Positions 1 to 11,900 of a stretch of DNA of 64,000 nucleotides are shown here, in pieces. Positions within the stretch are counted from its first letter, which is position 1. Each line of letters begins with the position of its first letter. The stretch comes from Bugula neritina (lineage: Eukaryota > Animalia > Bryozoa): contig OZ037767.1 in assembly GCA_964035545.1 (NCBI GenBank), positions 4,666,707-4,730,706 on the forward strand. The letters are read 5' to 3'. The translations under genes and the position numbers were made by a program. The notes under the pieces were generated by a model. That model was not told the DNA's origin, made no database searches, and worked only from the letters and a program-made list of their open reading frames with translations.

Positions 1-2560
1 GGGTATTCCTCTGCATCTTCAAACTTTTCTTATGAGTCAATGGAACACTCACATTCTTCTCATGGCAATATGGATTCAGTCGATTTACATAAACTAAGTC
101 CAATCACTGAAGCTGTTGCAACACAACCATCTGAAATGGAAAGTGGAATGGTTCCTTTGGCTTTGGACTATCTACGTAGTAAACTCAGCACTGACAGTTC
201 ATATTCAAGTACTTCTTCATCCCAGGGCAAATCAGAGGTGTTTAGTAGTGGAAGCTTGTCGTCTAATAGTGCTGGTATGTCAGCTGACAGTGGATTCATG
301 TCTATCCGTAGCCAAAATATGGGCTCTAATAACGACAGTGACTATTCCTCCAGGAAAAACCTGGACAGCTCTCACTTCAAAGAAGGATGTTTTGATGGTA
401 AGCCTGAAGAGTTCTTACAGCATGGGTTACAAGCAGAATGGAATAAATGGGACCCTGTACGAGATATACGTGACAGACTTCCTCATTCGTTGTTAGATGA
501 AATGCGTTCAATATTTTGGGATAAAGATGAAGAAGAAGACAATGAGTTGTAAGTAATAGATGTATTTATTCTGTTGTCACAATTATTTCTCAAATTGACT
601 GAACAAACGTCTAATGTTTGCACGATTTCTTTTTCAGTGAGGTATTGAAGGCAGCTTATGATAAAGATGAAAGAGCTGTCGCCCTCGCAGTGTTTGTCGC
701 CAAGAACCACCGACAGCTCAACACTGCAAACAAAAACAGACAGACTTTACTTCATATAGCAGCTCAATACTGTTCGGCTCAGCTCGTTCGTCTCATAATA
801 ACCAGAGGAGCAGATGGTGCATTGCCAGACGCTTGGGGTACGTTACTTACTATATTACAAGTTTACTATATTACTTACTATTTTACATAAGAAGAAGAAT
901 AAGAAGAATAAACTAATCATACCATAGATTACAAGCAGATATTTTACTCGATACACTGTTGTAATTTATTCATGTTGGGTTTGTGCTTATAGGTAACACG
1001 CCCCTGCATATAGCGGCTCTTCATGGTCGAGCCTCAGTAATAAAAGCTTTAACAACTACACTAACAAAGGCTGAAGTGCGGCACCCGTACTTCAGAGTCC
1101 CGTACAAGTCTCTACCACAAGATAATGTCCAGTCCTACAATCACGACGGCAGAACTCCTGTCCATTTAGCCGCTCAAGTCTCCCACAGCCCAAAGCATCG
1201 ACAAGCTCTTGAAATGCTAAAAACTAAAGCTAGAGCTGACATAGATTACAGAGTAAGTTGCTGTTGCTGCCTCTATTTGGTGGTCGGAACTGTTTAAGAA
1301 AAATTTCAAGAGCTTACGTTGTTTGTATGCAGACAGATGTAGCTTTCTTGAGAGTTTTATAGCAAAGTTATATTTATTTTTTGCAGCGGTTAGGAGACGG
1401 CTATGCACCTGCCCATATAGCAATAGATAATGATGACTATGAATGTTTGAAAACGTGTCTAGAGTTGGGTTCAGACTCAGAAGTTCGAAATTATAAAAGT
1501 GAAACTCCCCAGCAGTTGGCGTATCTGTGCAAGTCTCAAGAGATGGTAAGTTTTTCTCTGTGTTCTGCTACAATGCTGTGGCCTGCATGTCAGCTGTGAG
1601 TAATTTGGCTGGTGTGGTTTGTTGTATGTCAGTCAAGTGCAAAGATATTATTGCTGAGTTCGGCTACTTTCTAGGTGCTGCTGTGTCAGAAGTATGGTGC
1701 AGGAGAATATCAGCTTGAGTATGCAGAAACAGAACCTGTTTTGAAAGATGATGACAGCATGGAAGTGGACGAGGAGGTAACTACTTATTATTGGTGTCTT
1801 TCAGTTGTTAGAACAGCAGCAGTAGTATATCTTCCTAATAAACTGGCACAGTAATGGCGGCTAGTGCAAAGTGCAGTTCTACAGACAAACTGCACACCAT
1901 CAACAAAAGCTTTAGCTAAATGCAATATGGGCATTTTGCCAGCATATGAAGCATGCCTGGAGGTAGACTAAGGAGTGTATAAATGGAATTTTCAAAGGGG
2001 GATATACTGCCTGTTTTGGAATTTACTGCAGTAAATTGGAAAAAGTTGCATAATGCAGGTTATTTGGTAAAGGCTATTTCCCAGCATTTCGTTTGTTGTA
2101 ATTTAATATGGTGGTTTGTATTGAACATATTCGTGATGTTATCATACTGGGTCACGCAGCTGTCAAGCAACTTGGCTTTGCTCCATATATCCACTCTATT
2201 TATTCGTGATCCTTACATAGCAACATGTTTTTGCATTATATTAAGTTTATAGTATTGATTTAGGGTGGTGACTTGTCCCCCCTACTTTTTACCAGTCACG
2301 CTCTATCGATTTTTGAGCGCAGGCTTGTAATTACATAAAGGCGCCACTTTATCATAATAAATGAATGCCTTGTAATCAGCATGATTTTCCTGTTGGAATC
2401 CCAAGCCTAGTTGGAAATTCCATTCGTATTGCATTTTATCTATAAGCTCCCATATCTTTCAAATGCATACAGCTGTAAAACACGATGTGTCTTCCAGGAG
2501 CAAAAAGGGCAGTCTATGGAGTTGGTATCCAACAGAATGGAGAAAATGTTGGTAACCTAA
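1..2560 (+). CDS. NF-kappa-B inhibitor (IkB/Cactus-like ankyrin-repeat protein), 5'-truncated or starting at ATG 40
   Basis: GT-AG exons 1-548, 638-837, 993-1252, 1387-1545, 1675-1776, 2498-2560 join in one frame (443 aa from base 1; the frame is open from base 1). Ser-rich N-terminus with DSGFMS beta-TrCP-type degron (286-303). Ankyrin repeats QTLLHIAA, GNTPLHIAA, GRTPVHLAA, GYAPAHIAI, ETPQQLA. IkB-type insert after the GNTPLH repeat (LTKAEVRHPYFRVPYKSLPQD). Acidic PEST-like tail DDDSMEVDEEE. The last exon is the least certain. Confidence 0.88.
2394..2422. promoter_or_regulatory. Pair of kB-like sites in the last IkB intron
   Basis: TGGAATCCC (2394-2402) and GGAAATTCCA (2413-2422; reverse complement TGGAATTTCC), both Rel-type motifs, 10 bp apart. 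Confidence 0.35.
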
Positions 2561-3294
2561 CCCTTACCAAAGCTGCCAGGACTGAAGAAGAGAAAGTGGG
2601 ACAGCAGCGCTATGAGATTCTTGTCCTCACAATGCCCAAGGAATGCTAGCTTGACAGGAAAGCCAACAATACAAAAAACTTTTAATAGATATCATAAATT
2701 AATTAACATAGTAATTTGTATTTGTAATTTAAAGTTTTGTTTTTTTTTTTCTAGTGTCTTTCTGTTTGCTTAAATTTGCACTATTTCTGTCGACTTTTTT
2801 CAAATTCTATTTGTCAAGTTATATGAAATTACTTAATAGTACTGTAATAGGTGGCAGTCAGTCATTCCTGCTTGTGAAAAGCCTGTATGTAAGAAAATCA
2901 GAAAACGTTAGTAGCTCATCTCTGAGTATAATTGTTTATAAAAATCGGTTTCCTTTACAAAACTGATTTTTTTTGGGGGTCTTTTTGGGGTCAATACTAG
3001 GTGCAGAAAAACATCTTGTACAGAATTACTTTTGGAGAAATTTTATAACAACTATTCTGTTTATATGTAAAGTGTACAGTGAGTTAGAGAGCTGTTTTCA
3101 GCATGAATGGTGAGGATGCATTGTATGATTGAGTTATTAAACCCGACTGTCATCTCTGTGAATACGTCGCTATACAGGGAACTGGTGCTAGAAGGTTGGA
3201 TGTGAGCTTGTCTGTAAGAATGTCTGATCAGTACTGTATTGTAGAGCTATAGCTAGACAGAATATTTTTATTGACTTTGAAAAATATGAAATAT

Positions 3295-3365
3295 AATAAA
3301 AACACTAATAAATTACATAAATTTAGAACTTGCTGTTTATGCTGCTATATTTACTTCACAATAAA
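3295..3365 (+). terminator. Candidate polyadenylation signals of the IkB gene
   Basis: Clustered AATAAA hexamers at about 3295, 3307 and 3360 downstream of the TAA at 2560. Confidence 0.35.
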
Positions 3366-5652
3366 ACTAAATGCCTAGTAAGTCATTAAGAATGTAGATC
3401 ATCTATATATAATACAAATGTTATTAAACAAAAGTTATTTTAATTATTATATTTTGAGAATATTATATTTACATTGACAATATCTCTAATATTTATTTGA
3501 GCAAATATCTAAAATGTCAAGTCATTGTATTAGTTTAGTGCAATATGTTGAAATTGTAAGGCAAAAAATACTCAATACTACTCTACAGAGTTTTGCAACG
3601 CTCTTTCCAAATCTTATTTGAATATACAAATTTACAAATGAACCAGGCATACCATATTGACCAGAAGCATATAGCATTAAAAAAATAGTATGAAAACTTG
3701 TTACTTTTAATTGATTATTAAACTGAGTTTGAATTTTAAATCAAAAAAATTTGATAATATTGACTTATACAAAGTTTAGTGAAGTATTAGCATGTCAAAT
3801 GTCTTGTAATGATATTTTACCTCTCTTTTGACAGTTTTGTAAGAAAGTGTTTATACATGTATAGTTTTACTCAATACAATTATGTTGCACAACATTTGAT
3901 ATTATAACTGATTTAACCACTTTACTGTAAAGTAGTGATAAATTTTCCTGATGAGAATTATAGATGTCTTTAAATGTTAGGAATCTGCCTATTTAATATA
4001 TACGAGATGGAAGAACCATCTGAATGTATTCAACAAACATAAACTCAATGCCTACTTTATGTACACATAACTTAGATTATTATATTCTGTACCCCAAAAC
4101 AATTTGATAGCCAATTTTTGCGAAAGAACAAAAATACATTTAATACAGATATTCAATTTGATTGTTCTAATGTATTTCATAGATGCACCAATCAAATCTA
4201 TTTAGTCTAAACTCTAGTGGTTAAAAGAATGACTTAGTATAAGAGAGGAATTGTAATGGTGAATGTGTGAATTGTTAGATGTTATAAATTTTCTTTTGTT
4301 GACTTTGTAATATCCTTTTAGTTTTAAATGTTGGAAACTCTTTATTGAATTTTGCTGCATGGGTCAAATACAATTTGTGAAATTTTTATTGCAAGATTCA
4401 CTTGTTTATATAATATTTTGCATCATGTTTATTAGATAATGTCTTTGTGTATATCTAAATGTTGGAATATGTATATCACTGTTTATATGTTTTTATTCAT
4501 AGAAAAATAGTTTACATTTATTCTTTGTCATTTTTCTCATTATATCAAGTATTTTTCCATTTCTATTTTATACATTTATTCATTTTATGAATGTATTTTT
4601 GAATTGGTTTTTTACATGCTGAATCTATGTTCTTCAGACACTCAATTTGTACAAAACTCTAAAATGCCAGTATTTTAAATAAACTGAGTTACCTACAGAA
4701 AAGTATATAATATTATTTAGCATTGAGTAACATAATGTTCAAGATAACAAACACATGGTTATACTGTATAGGATAAAATTAGTTATATTTTTTTAAAGCC
4801 ATAGTGAAACCAGGCTATTTATTGGGAAATTTCAATCAAAGCTGTTTGTTTCATCATAGCATGCTAACAGTCTTGCAGTCTGCCGGATAATTCTTTCTTT
4901 TGATCTTCATTGAATAGTCTGAACAGAATATGATGCAATTTTAGGAAATTTTCAACAGAAATTCCAAGGCTGATGAAAAACCAATAAGTTGTATAACAAA
5001 GTTTTGATTTTCAAAAGGGCATTGCTGTTTCCGCTGTATAATTATTTGTGTAGACAGGTTTAGGCAAGCTTGTGACATTATGGTGTTATTAAGTACAATC
5101 CTTAAGGGATGTACCAAGTTCTATATAGCAATAATACTAATTTTCAACATTTCAGGCAAAAAAATTTTAAATGTTCAACAGGAAAACACATGGAGAACAG
5201 AACTTTATGAAATATTCTGTGTGCAAAAACTTGAGCCTAATTAGCAAAATATTTATTTTCAATTTCTCACAAATATTAGCCATAATTATGGTCTTTATCT
5301 GAAACTTAAATAAAAGTGATGAAGCAGCACACATACATTTGCCAGGCAAATCTGTTGTCTTTTACTTGCATTGAATATTTCAGTAAAGATTTTGTTTATA
5401 CGCTTAGCTTATTTTATGTGCTTGAGTTGCAATATTCTTTTAACTTGAAAGTTACAAAACTTAAGATTTTGAATTCAAGGTTTAATGTAATCATAGCATA
5501 CATATTTTTATAAAATATAGCAAATAAATAAACACACAAATAAATAAAACAATAATATACTAAATTATTTTAGTAGCTGGTAAAAGCAAGAAAAATTGGA
5601 CGGAAATAATAGATGGATTTTATACCATTATCACAGTAAAACACAATCACAA

Positions 5653-5658
5653 TTTATT
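5653..5658 (-). terminator. Candidate polyadenylation signal of the dynein gene
   Basis: AATAAA on the minus strand about 300 nt after the stop at 5952. Confidence 0.3.
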
Positions 5659-5951
5659 ACTTCCCATAGGTCATTTTGGGAAACCAAGTAGAACTTTTAG
5701 AAATAAAAAATAATATAAATACAAGTAACTATAAATAGTAAGACAGACGTCAGTAAAATTTGAACATAATATGCTGGATGGAATGGCGACACTACAATGA
5801 AGTAGCAAGTATTATAAGACAAAACAATTTTTACGGCTCATGAATTATTGATGGTATGAAAATTGCATCTAAAAGAATGTATTTTTAAAACAATTAAAGA
5901 ATTTATATCGTTTTATAGAAATTCAGGAGTTAGAATGGCATAGTTGAGATT

Positions 5952-8900
5952 CTACACTTCATCTAACTGACAAAGAAGGGCAACGCCTCTGGACACCCAG
6001 AAATTTGAGGGCTGAGTTGATGGTAGTTGTATAGCTGTGACATAGTTGGTTGAGTGACCAGTGCTGGAGAGTGTACCAGCCCTAGCAGACGTGCGGTACA
6101 GTGGACAACCATAGCAGTTGTCTACACTTGCTGTCATAAGGGTGCTTGACTCAGACTCTCCCTGAAAGACAAGTTAGTATGTTAGTTACACAGACTTACA
6201 CTGTTTGGGAGCAGCTGTGGCCTAATGGTTAGAGTGTAACACAAGTCATGGGTTTAGAGCTAGGTAATTGATGATATCAGGTAAAGCATCCAATCATAAT
6301 TGATTCTGAACCACCGTAAAAGTCCTCAAAGCACATCCCTTAGCCTGTTCAAAAACCTTGTATTAATCAGGAATTATCTTAAGGGTTGAGAATTTAAATT
6401 AAGATGATTTTTGTTTCATATGTTTTGTATATCATTGTTTATAGCATTAATGTTGATGTTATTTTTTCTATCATATATTATTTTTTCTACTTTCTATTAT
6501 ATGTCGTATATTTATACCAAACCAAACTAGGATAAGTGACATTCGTGTAGACACAAAATAGGGTTGTACACTTTTTTCTTTACTTCATCCATCAACAAAC
6601 TATTATATTTTGCAAGCATGTTAGTTTATAGCTAAATAATGTATTCACATGTTAATAGTAATTACCTGCAAAGTATTATTTATGTCAAGGTCAGTTTTGT
6701 GAATTGTGAGTTAAGTTAATGTGACCACAAATTTTCAAAAAATTGAGATAACATTGAAAAAATATCAATAGTAGCTAAAAAGATGCAGCTATTTATTGTT
6801 TGCTGCAGTTACTTAAACTGGTTTCAGCCAACAACTTTGATCACCAGTTCATTAAAATGGTGAGTTTGTTAGGTTTGATTAGCCCTAACCACTGAACTGA
6901 AACTATGATAGTTATATAGTTATATAGTTACATAGTTATATAGGTTATAGTTCAATGACCCTAACTATTAGATTTTGAAAAACCTTAACTAAGTGCACTA
7001 GCATCAGCAACACAAAGGTTATTTTCCTCTCTATTCAGACTACAGAAAAGTAGCTTATGTCCACTTTGTCCCTATAAATGCATTTCCAACAATATTTTGT
7101 TGTTGAGAGCTAGCATTATGTAACCTATTTGTTCAAAGTTTCCTCTGTCGTATTATGTACTACATATTTGGAATAAATTACTGTCATCACTGATTCAACA
7201 TTGTTTACTTGGCTATACTTCTGGGTGAAAACTTATGCTTTACTACATGGAGCTCACTGCATGTAACTTCAACATGACAGCTTTAGTTTGACCACGTAGA
7301 CAGGTGCACTTTAAACTTGAACTGACCTATAGATAACAGGTGATATCAGCTTGAGCTTGAGCTTGAGCCAAGAAACTGAAAATATGGCCTGTGGTATTTT
7401 CAAGTATGAATTCAGAAGGCGTTTCAATAAACTTATCTTATCTATATGCCCACTTACTGGCATGCAGTAAGGTAGTTGAAGTCAACAGCCGATATATTGA
7501 TACAGATTGGTTGATACAGATTAAAGCTATTTTGAAGTGGCATTGTAATAGATAAATGTGCTGCTAAATTTATCATTAACTAGCATTTTAAAAATCTTGC
7601 TTCACAAAAATGAGTAGAAAAATAACAAACTCAAATCAAATCTATAATTATTAGGCAATACACTGATGTGCACGTATAAATGCTGCTGTTTGTGTATAAA
7701 TATATATATAAACTAGAACTGTTGGAATAAGCTTTCTGCCGATAGCCCGAGAGTTATCTCACCTTGCTAGGTCGAAGGACGAGTTCAGGAAGGCGAGAGA
7801 ACCGGTGGCTGGGTCTAGAGTCCTGCAGACAGCCCTGCTCTGTGTCCCACCTGGCTCCATCCAGGTACAACCCAAACACCAGAATACCATCTCCAGAGTT
7901 CACTGGCCCCTAAACACGAGTATTACAAACTTGTAAATAACAATTGTCTCAGTTAGCCAACCCTACCACAATTATTTGAAAGCAAAATGTAGAGTTTGTG
8001 CAAATAGGAGAACTTTTAACTGTTTGATTATTTTGTGCAATTTTTATGCTTTCACCAGATGATGCTGGTACAATGGTGACATGGTTTGCTAGAGCTAAGT
8101 TTGTTAGCAAAGTGAAGAATTCCAATGTACTTAGTACTTTGAACGTAAAGAGCTAAAGATATGCAAGATAGAAATATTATACACTATGTGTAAAGGATGC
8201 ATATGGTACTAAGCTTTTCAAATTCCAGCAAAACTGTATCATTATAGCATGTGACACTAAAACATGCAGGTGCTGCAAGATACTGAGACATGGCAGGTCA
8301 TGCAGGTGCTGCAAGATACTGAGACATGACAGGTCATGCAGGTGCTGCAAGATACTGAGACATGGTGTGTATTAAAATAAGCTAAAGACATACATGAAAG
8401 CCCAGGTCGGTAACATTGAGCTGAAACTTGGTGTCTTGCAGCTGGCTCTCCTGGTCAATAGATGGGTTGGGCTGAACGTCAAACTCAAAGTGCAGAGAGT
8501 CAATGGAGATGGTGTGCTGCCTGGCGTGGTTCTGCAATACCGCCGTCAGGAAACCTGCCATCAGACGTGCAGAGAAAATAGTAGAATGACATAGGTGGAA
8601 GGGCATGATTTCTAATATTTATATTCCATGGTGCATGTATATGCAGCTGCTATTATTGCAGCAGCCACCAAACTTGAAAATGTAAGATGTATTCCAACAC
8701 AGAATTATAAACAGAAAAATGTACCCATACGATACTATTTCCATGAGCATTTGAAAATTACATATCATATTTTTTTAGTTTCAATCAATTGAATTCTTCA
8801 AATAATTGAACCTCAAATAGCAAAAAAGTTACATAATAGAAATAATGTAAATGAGAAAATACATTGTATAGGATACAATGCATGTTATAAGAATGTGTGA

Positions 8901-11900
8901 GGATGAATTTGAAATATTTAAAACTACTAATTTATGGTTACACTTGAACAAAAAGCTACACTTAACGATTATATTTGACAAGCCTTTACTTTAAATCATC
9001 CTGAACATTGCAATAGTGCAATATGTCATAGGGAAACATAACATAATACGGTAGTAGTGTTGATGTAGTTGGCTACCTTGGGGGAAGAAGAAAGCTGGTA
9101 GCCAATAGCTGCGAGGATGCTCGTACTTATACATGTACGAGTTGTCCATAGCAGCTGGACCCACGGTTTCTTTTCCTTTGCCATCTTTATTAGGATGAGT
9201 GCTAAACATAAAGCGTTTGTACTCTATCTCCACATACATAGATACCTGTGAAATAAATGTGCCATGTTAGTATTGGCCTAACCATGGAATAGCAACAGTT
9301 ACCATGGTTGTTATAATGTTAACGAGTAAAGAGATTGACACATTTTTTGTAAAGGTTTTTTTGACATTTAATTGTTTAATTTGAATGTTATTTTCACACT
9401 GAGGTCATTGTGAGTGACACGCAGTTGATGTTTAACTCTTCTAATAGTTATCACTATGGTTACTCAACTGACTGACCAACCATTACTCATTCAATGTACT
9501 GTAAAATATAGTACATCTAATACTAGTTTATTAGCTATTATTACAGCATCAGGTAAAGATGAGTTCAGTATGAACTTCAGGAGTGGCTTTAAATGAGAAC
9601 TTCCCTGAGTTACAAAACATCCTCCACTATTTAGTTGCATAGAGTTACAGTGTGCACTGTTGAGTACAACCAACTTTGCCAATGTACAGACAGACAGAAG
9701 TAAATCTGGCTGATCTATAAAGATCAAAGTTAAATGCAGCGTTGTAAATGTCTGCTTAGCATGGGTTCACAATTTTTTATTTGGGTTTAGAGTGTGATTG
9801 CTGTATTTCAAGAGCAAACTTGTTGAGCTACAAATATTCACTAGAATCAGCACTATTAGAAAACAGCAAATCTATCTTTGGCTTCCAAAACAAGCATTGC
9901 ATAAACAAAGTTGTTGGAAAAATTGCTTAGTGTTGATGCTGATTCACTTTTAGTGTACTTTTAACAGTTTTTTAATACTTTAAGCAGTTGGTAGACAATT
10001 TCAGTGCTGCTTTATTTCTTATACATTTAACTGATTTGTTTAAATATATTGAGAACTTTTGGATAGTAAATTTGAGACATTTATTTACTCTAAAATCCAG
10101 TGGCTTATAGAATTGAAAATATTCAAATAAAGTATGGAGTTGGCAGTGGGTATGTGTAACTTTGAAAATTTATTTGCTGCTTTATTCTTTATATCTGATA
10201 GGTTTGTTTGGATATTTTAAACATTGAAACTGAGTGTTAGGGCAAGACATGTTCTAGAACCACATTAGTTTTAAAACGTTACAGAAATAGCTAATAAGCT
10301 TTATCATCCAACATCTCATTTTATTTCATTTACACTAAAAGTCAGCCATTTATAGAATTGAAAATATCCATGTAAAATATAAAAAGAGAGTATTGATACC
10401 TGGTGACACCATCGGGCCAGGTAGTCAACTCTCTGACACAGATCTGACACCCATGCACCCAGGGGCTTCATTGACTCATATGCCACTTTCTACAACAGAG
10501 TAAGCGCTATTGTCACAAAAGTATAACCACAAGCAAATGAAAACTACCCGTTTCATTACTTGTCTGTAATTTGAATTTTTTGTATTCTTTTTTTTCCTGG
10601 AAGGGATTTGGCTGTACTTTAACAACAACATGCCATTATAGAAGTTCCTAGTGACTTTGTTATCAAGCACATTGTACACAATGAAGGAATGATTTGACAG
10701 TATCAGGCTGATAATGCAAACAGAACGACCATATGGCTCCATTGCACTAACACTTGATTGAGGTTAAACTTCAGCAAGATATTTGAGAGGGTATTTCCAT
10801 TTGCCTAAAGCCCTAAATCAATAACACCACTCAACCACCAGTATTGGTGTATCCAACAACCTAGAGGCAGATCTTCAGACCAACAAATGTGTGTTTTTGC
10901 CTTTTACTGCCAATAAATCAACTGACTAGCTATAATATGTCTATAACTAATTCACCTTCCACAAGCTAGGAATTCTTTGTTCCAGTATAGACTGATAAAC
11001 GTCCTCTAATTCCTCTGACATGATTATCTCCCCCTTGACAGCGCTGTGCAGCAGAGTGAGTGATTTGAATATGGTCTCTAGCAGTCTATTCATCCTGTCA
11101 ACTTCCTGGCGCAGGAACGTTACCAACGCAGACTGGTAGATCCTCTGATTGAGGAAACCTGTAAAATAATTTGTGTAGTCAATGCAAACTTTATTACAAA
11201 ATGTTAGGCATATAATCTTCCGATAAACATCACAACTAATAATATAGTAATATATTTTTATTGTTGAGTTTTTATTATACAATAATATTAATCAGTAAAT
11301 ACTATAATGCTTTTCCACCATGGCTTCCTTGTTCTACAATCAACACAGATGCTCTGTATAAAGAGTCAAGTACAGGCAGCTGATGTAAACACAAAAGTTT
11401 CAAGTAAATATTGCCAAAGTTAAAGTGGTGTTGATTATACTAGGAATTTACATTTTGAATCACATGATACATTGGTACTGAGTCCACAGTATCAGCTATA
11501 TTGGGAAAACATAAAGTGGGAATAACAAAACCTTAAGTAATAGTTAACTCAATTTATTAAACCTACTAGACATGTAAAAAATCAATAGCTGCTAAAACTG
11601 TTCAGAACTCAATTTATATAGATTGATCATTATTGATTACTTAGTAATTAAGCAGTGCAAACGCACTTAAATAGAAAGTGCTCAATCACTCATGAAGTTT
11701 ATAAATTGTTAAGGTTAACAATAGCGGTAATTCTATTATAGAGTTTTCATGATAAACATGTTGACGTGAAAGCTCTACCTAGGTTACTGTTATTTTAAAA
11801 CAAATACTCCAATCTATGCAAAAATCACCAATAAGACTTTAGAACACACGAGAATATTCTTTAGTTACTGAACTAAAATTGCAGTCAATTTCAAAGAGGT

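Noticed and set aside
1-10. GGGTATTCCT as a kB site
   Set aside because: Lies in the open IkB reading frame (GYS), better explained as coding.
10560-10900. Possibly decayed coding or transposon fragment in an intron
   Set aside because: Frames examined contain stops and no recognisable motif.
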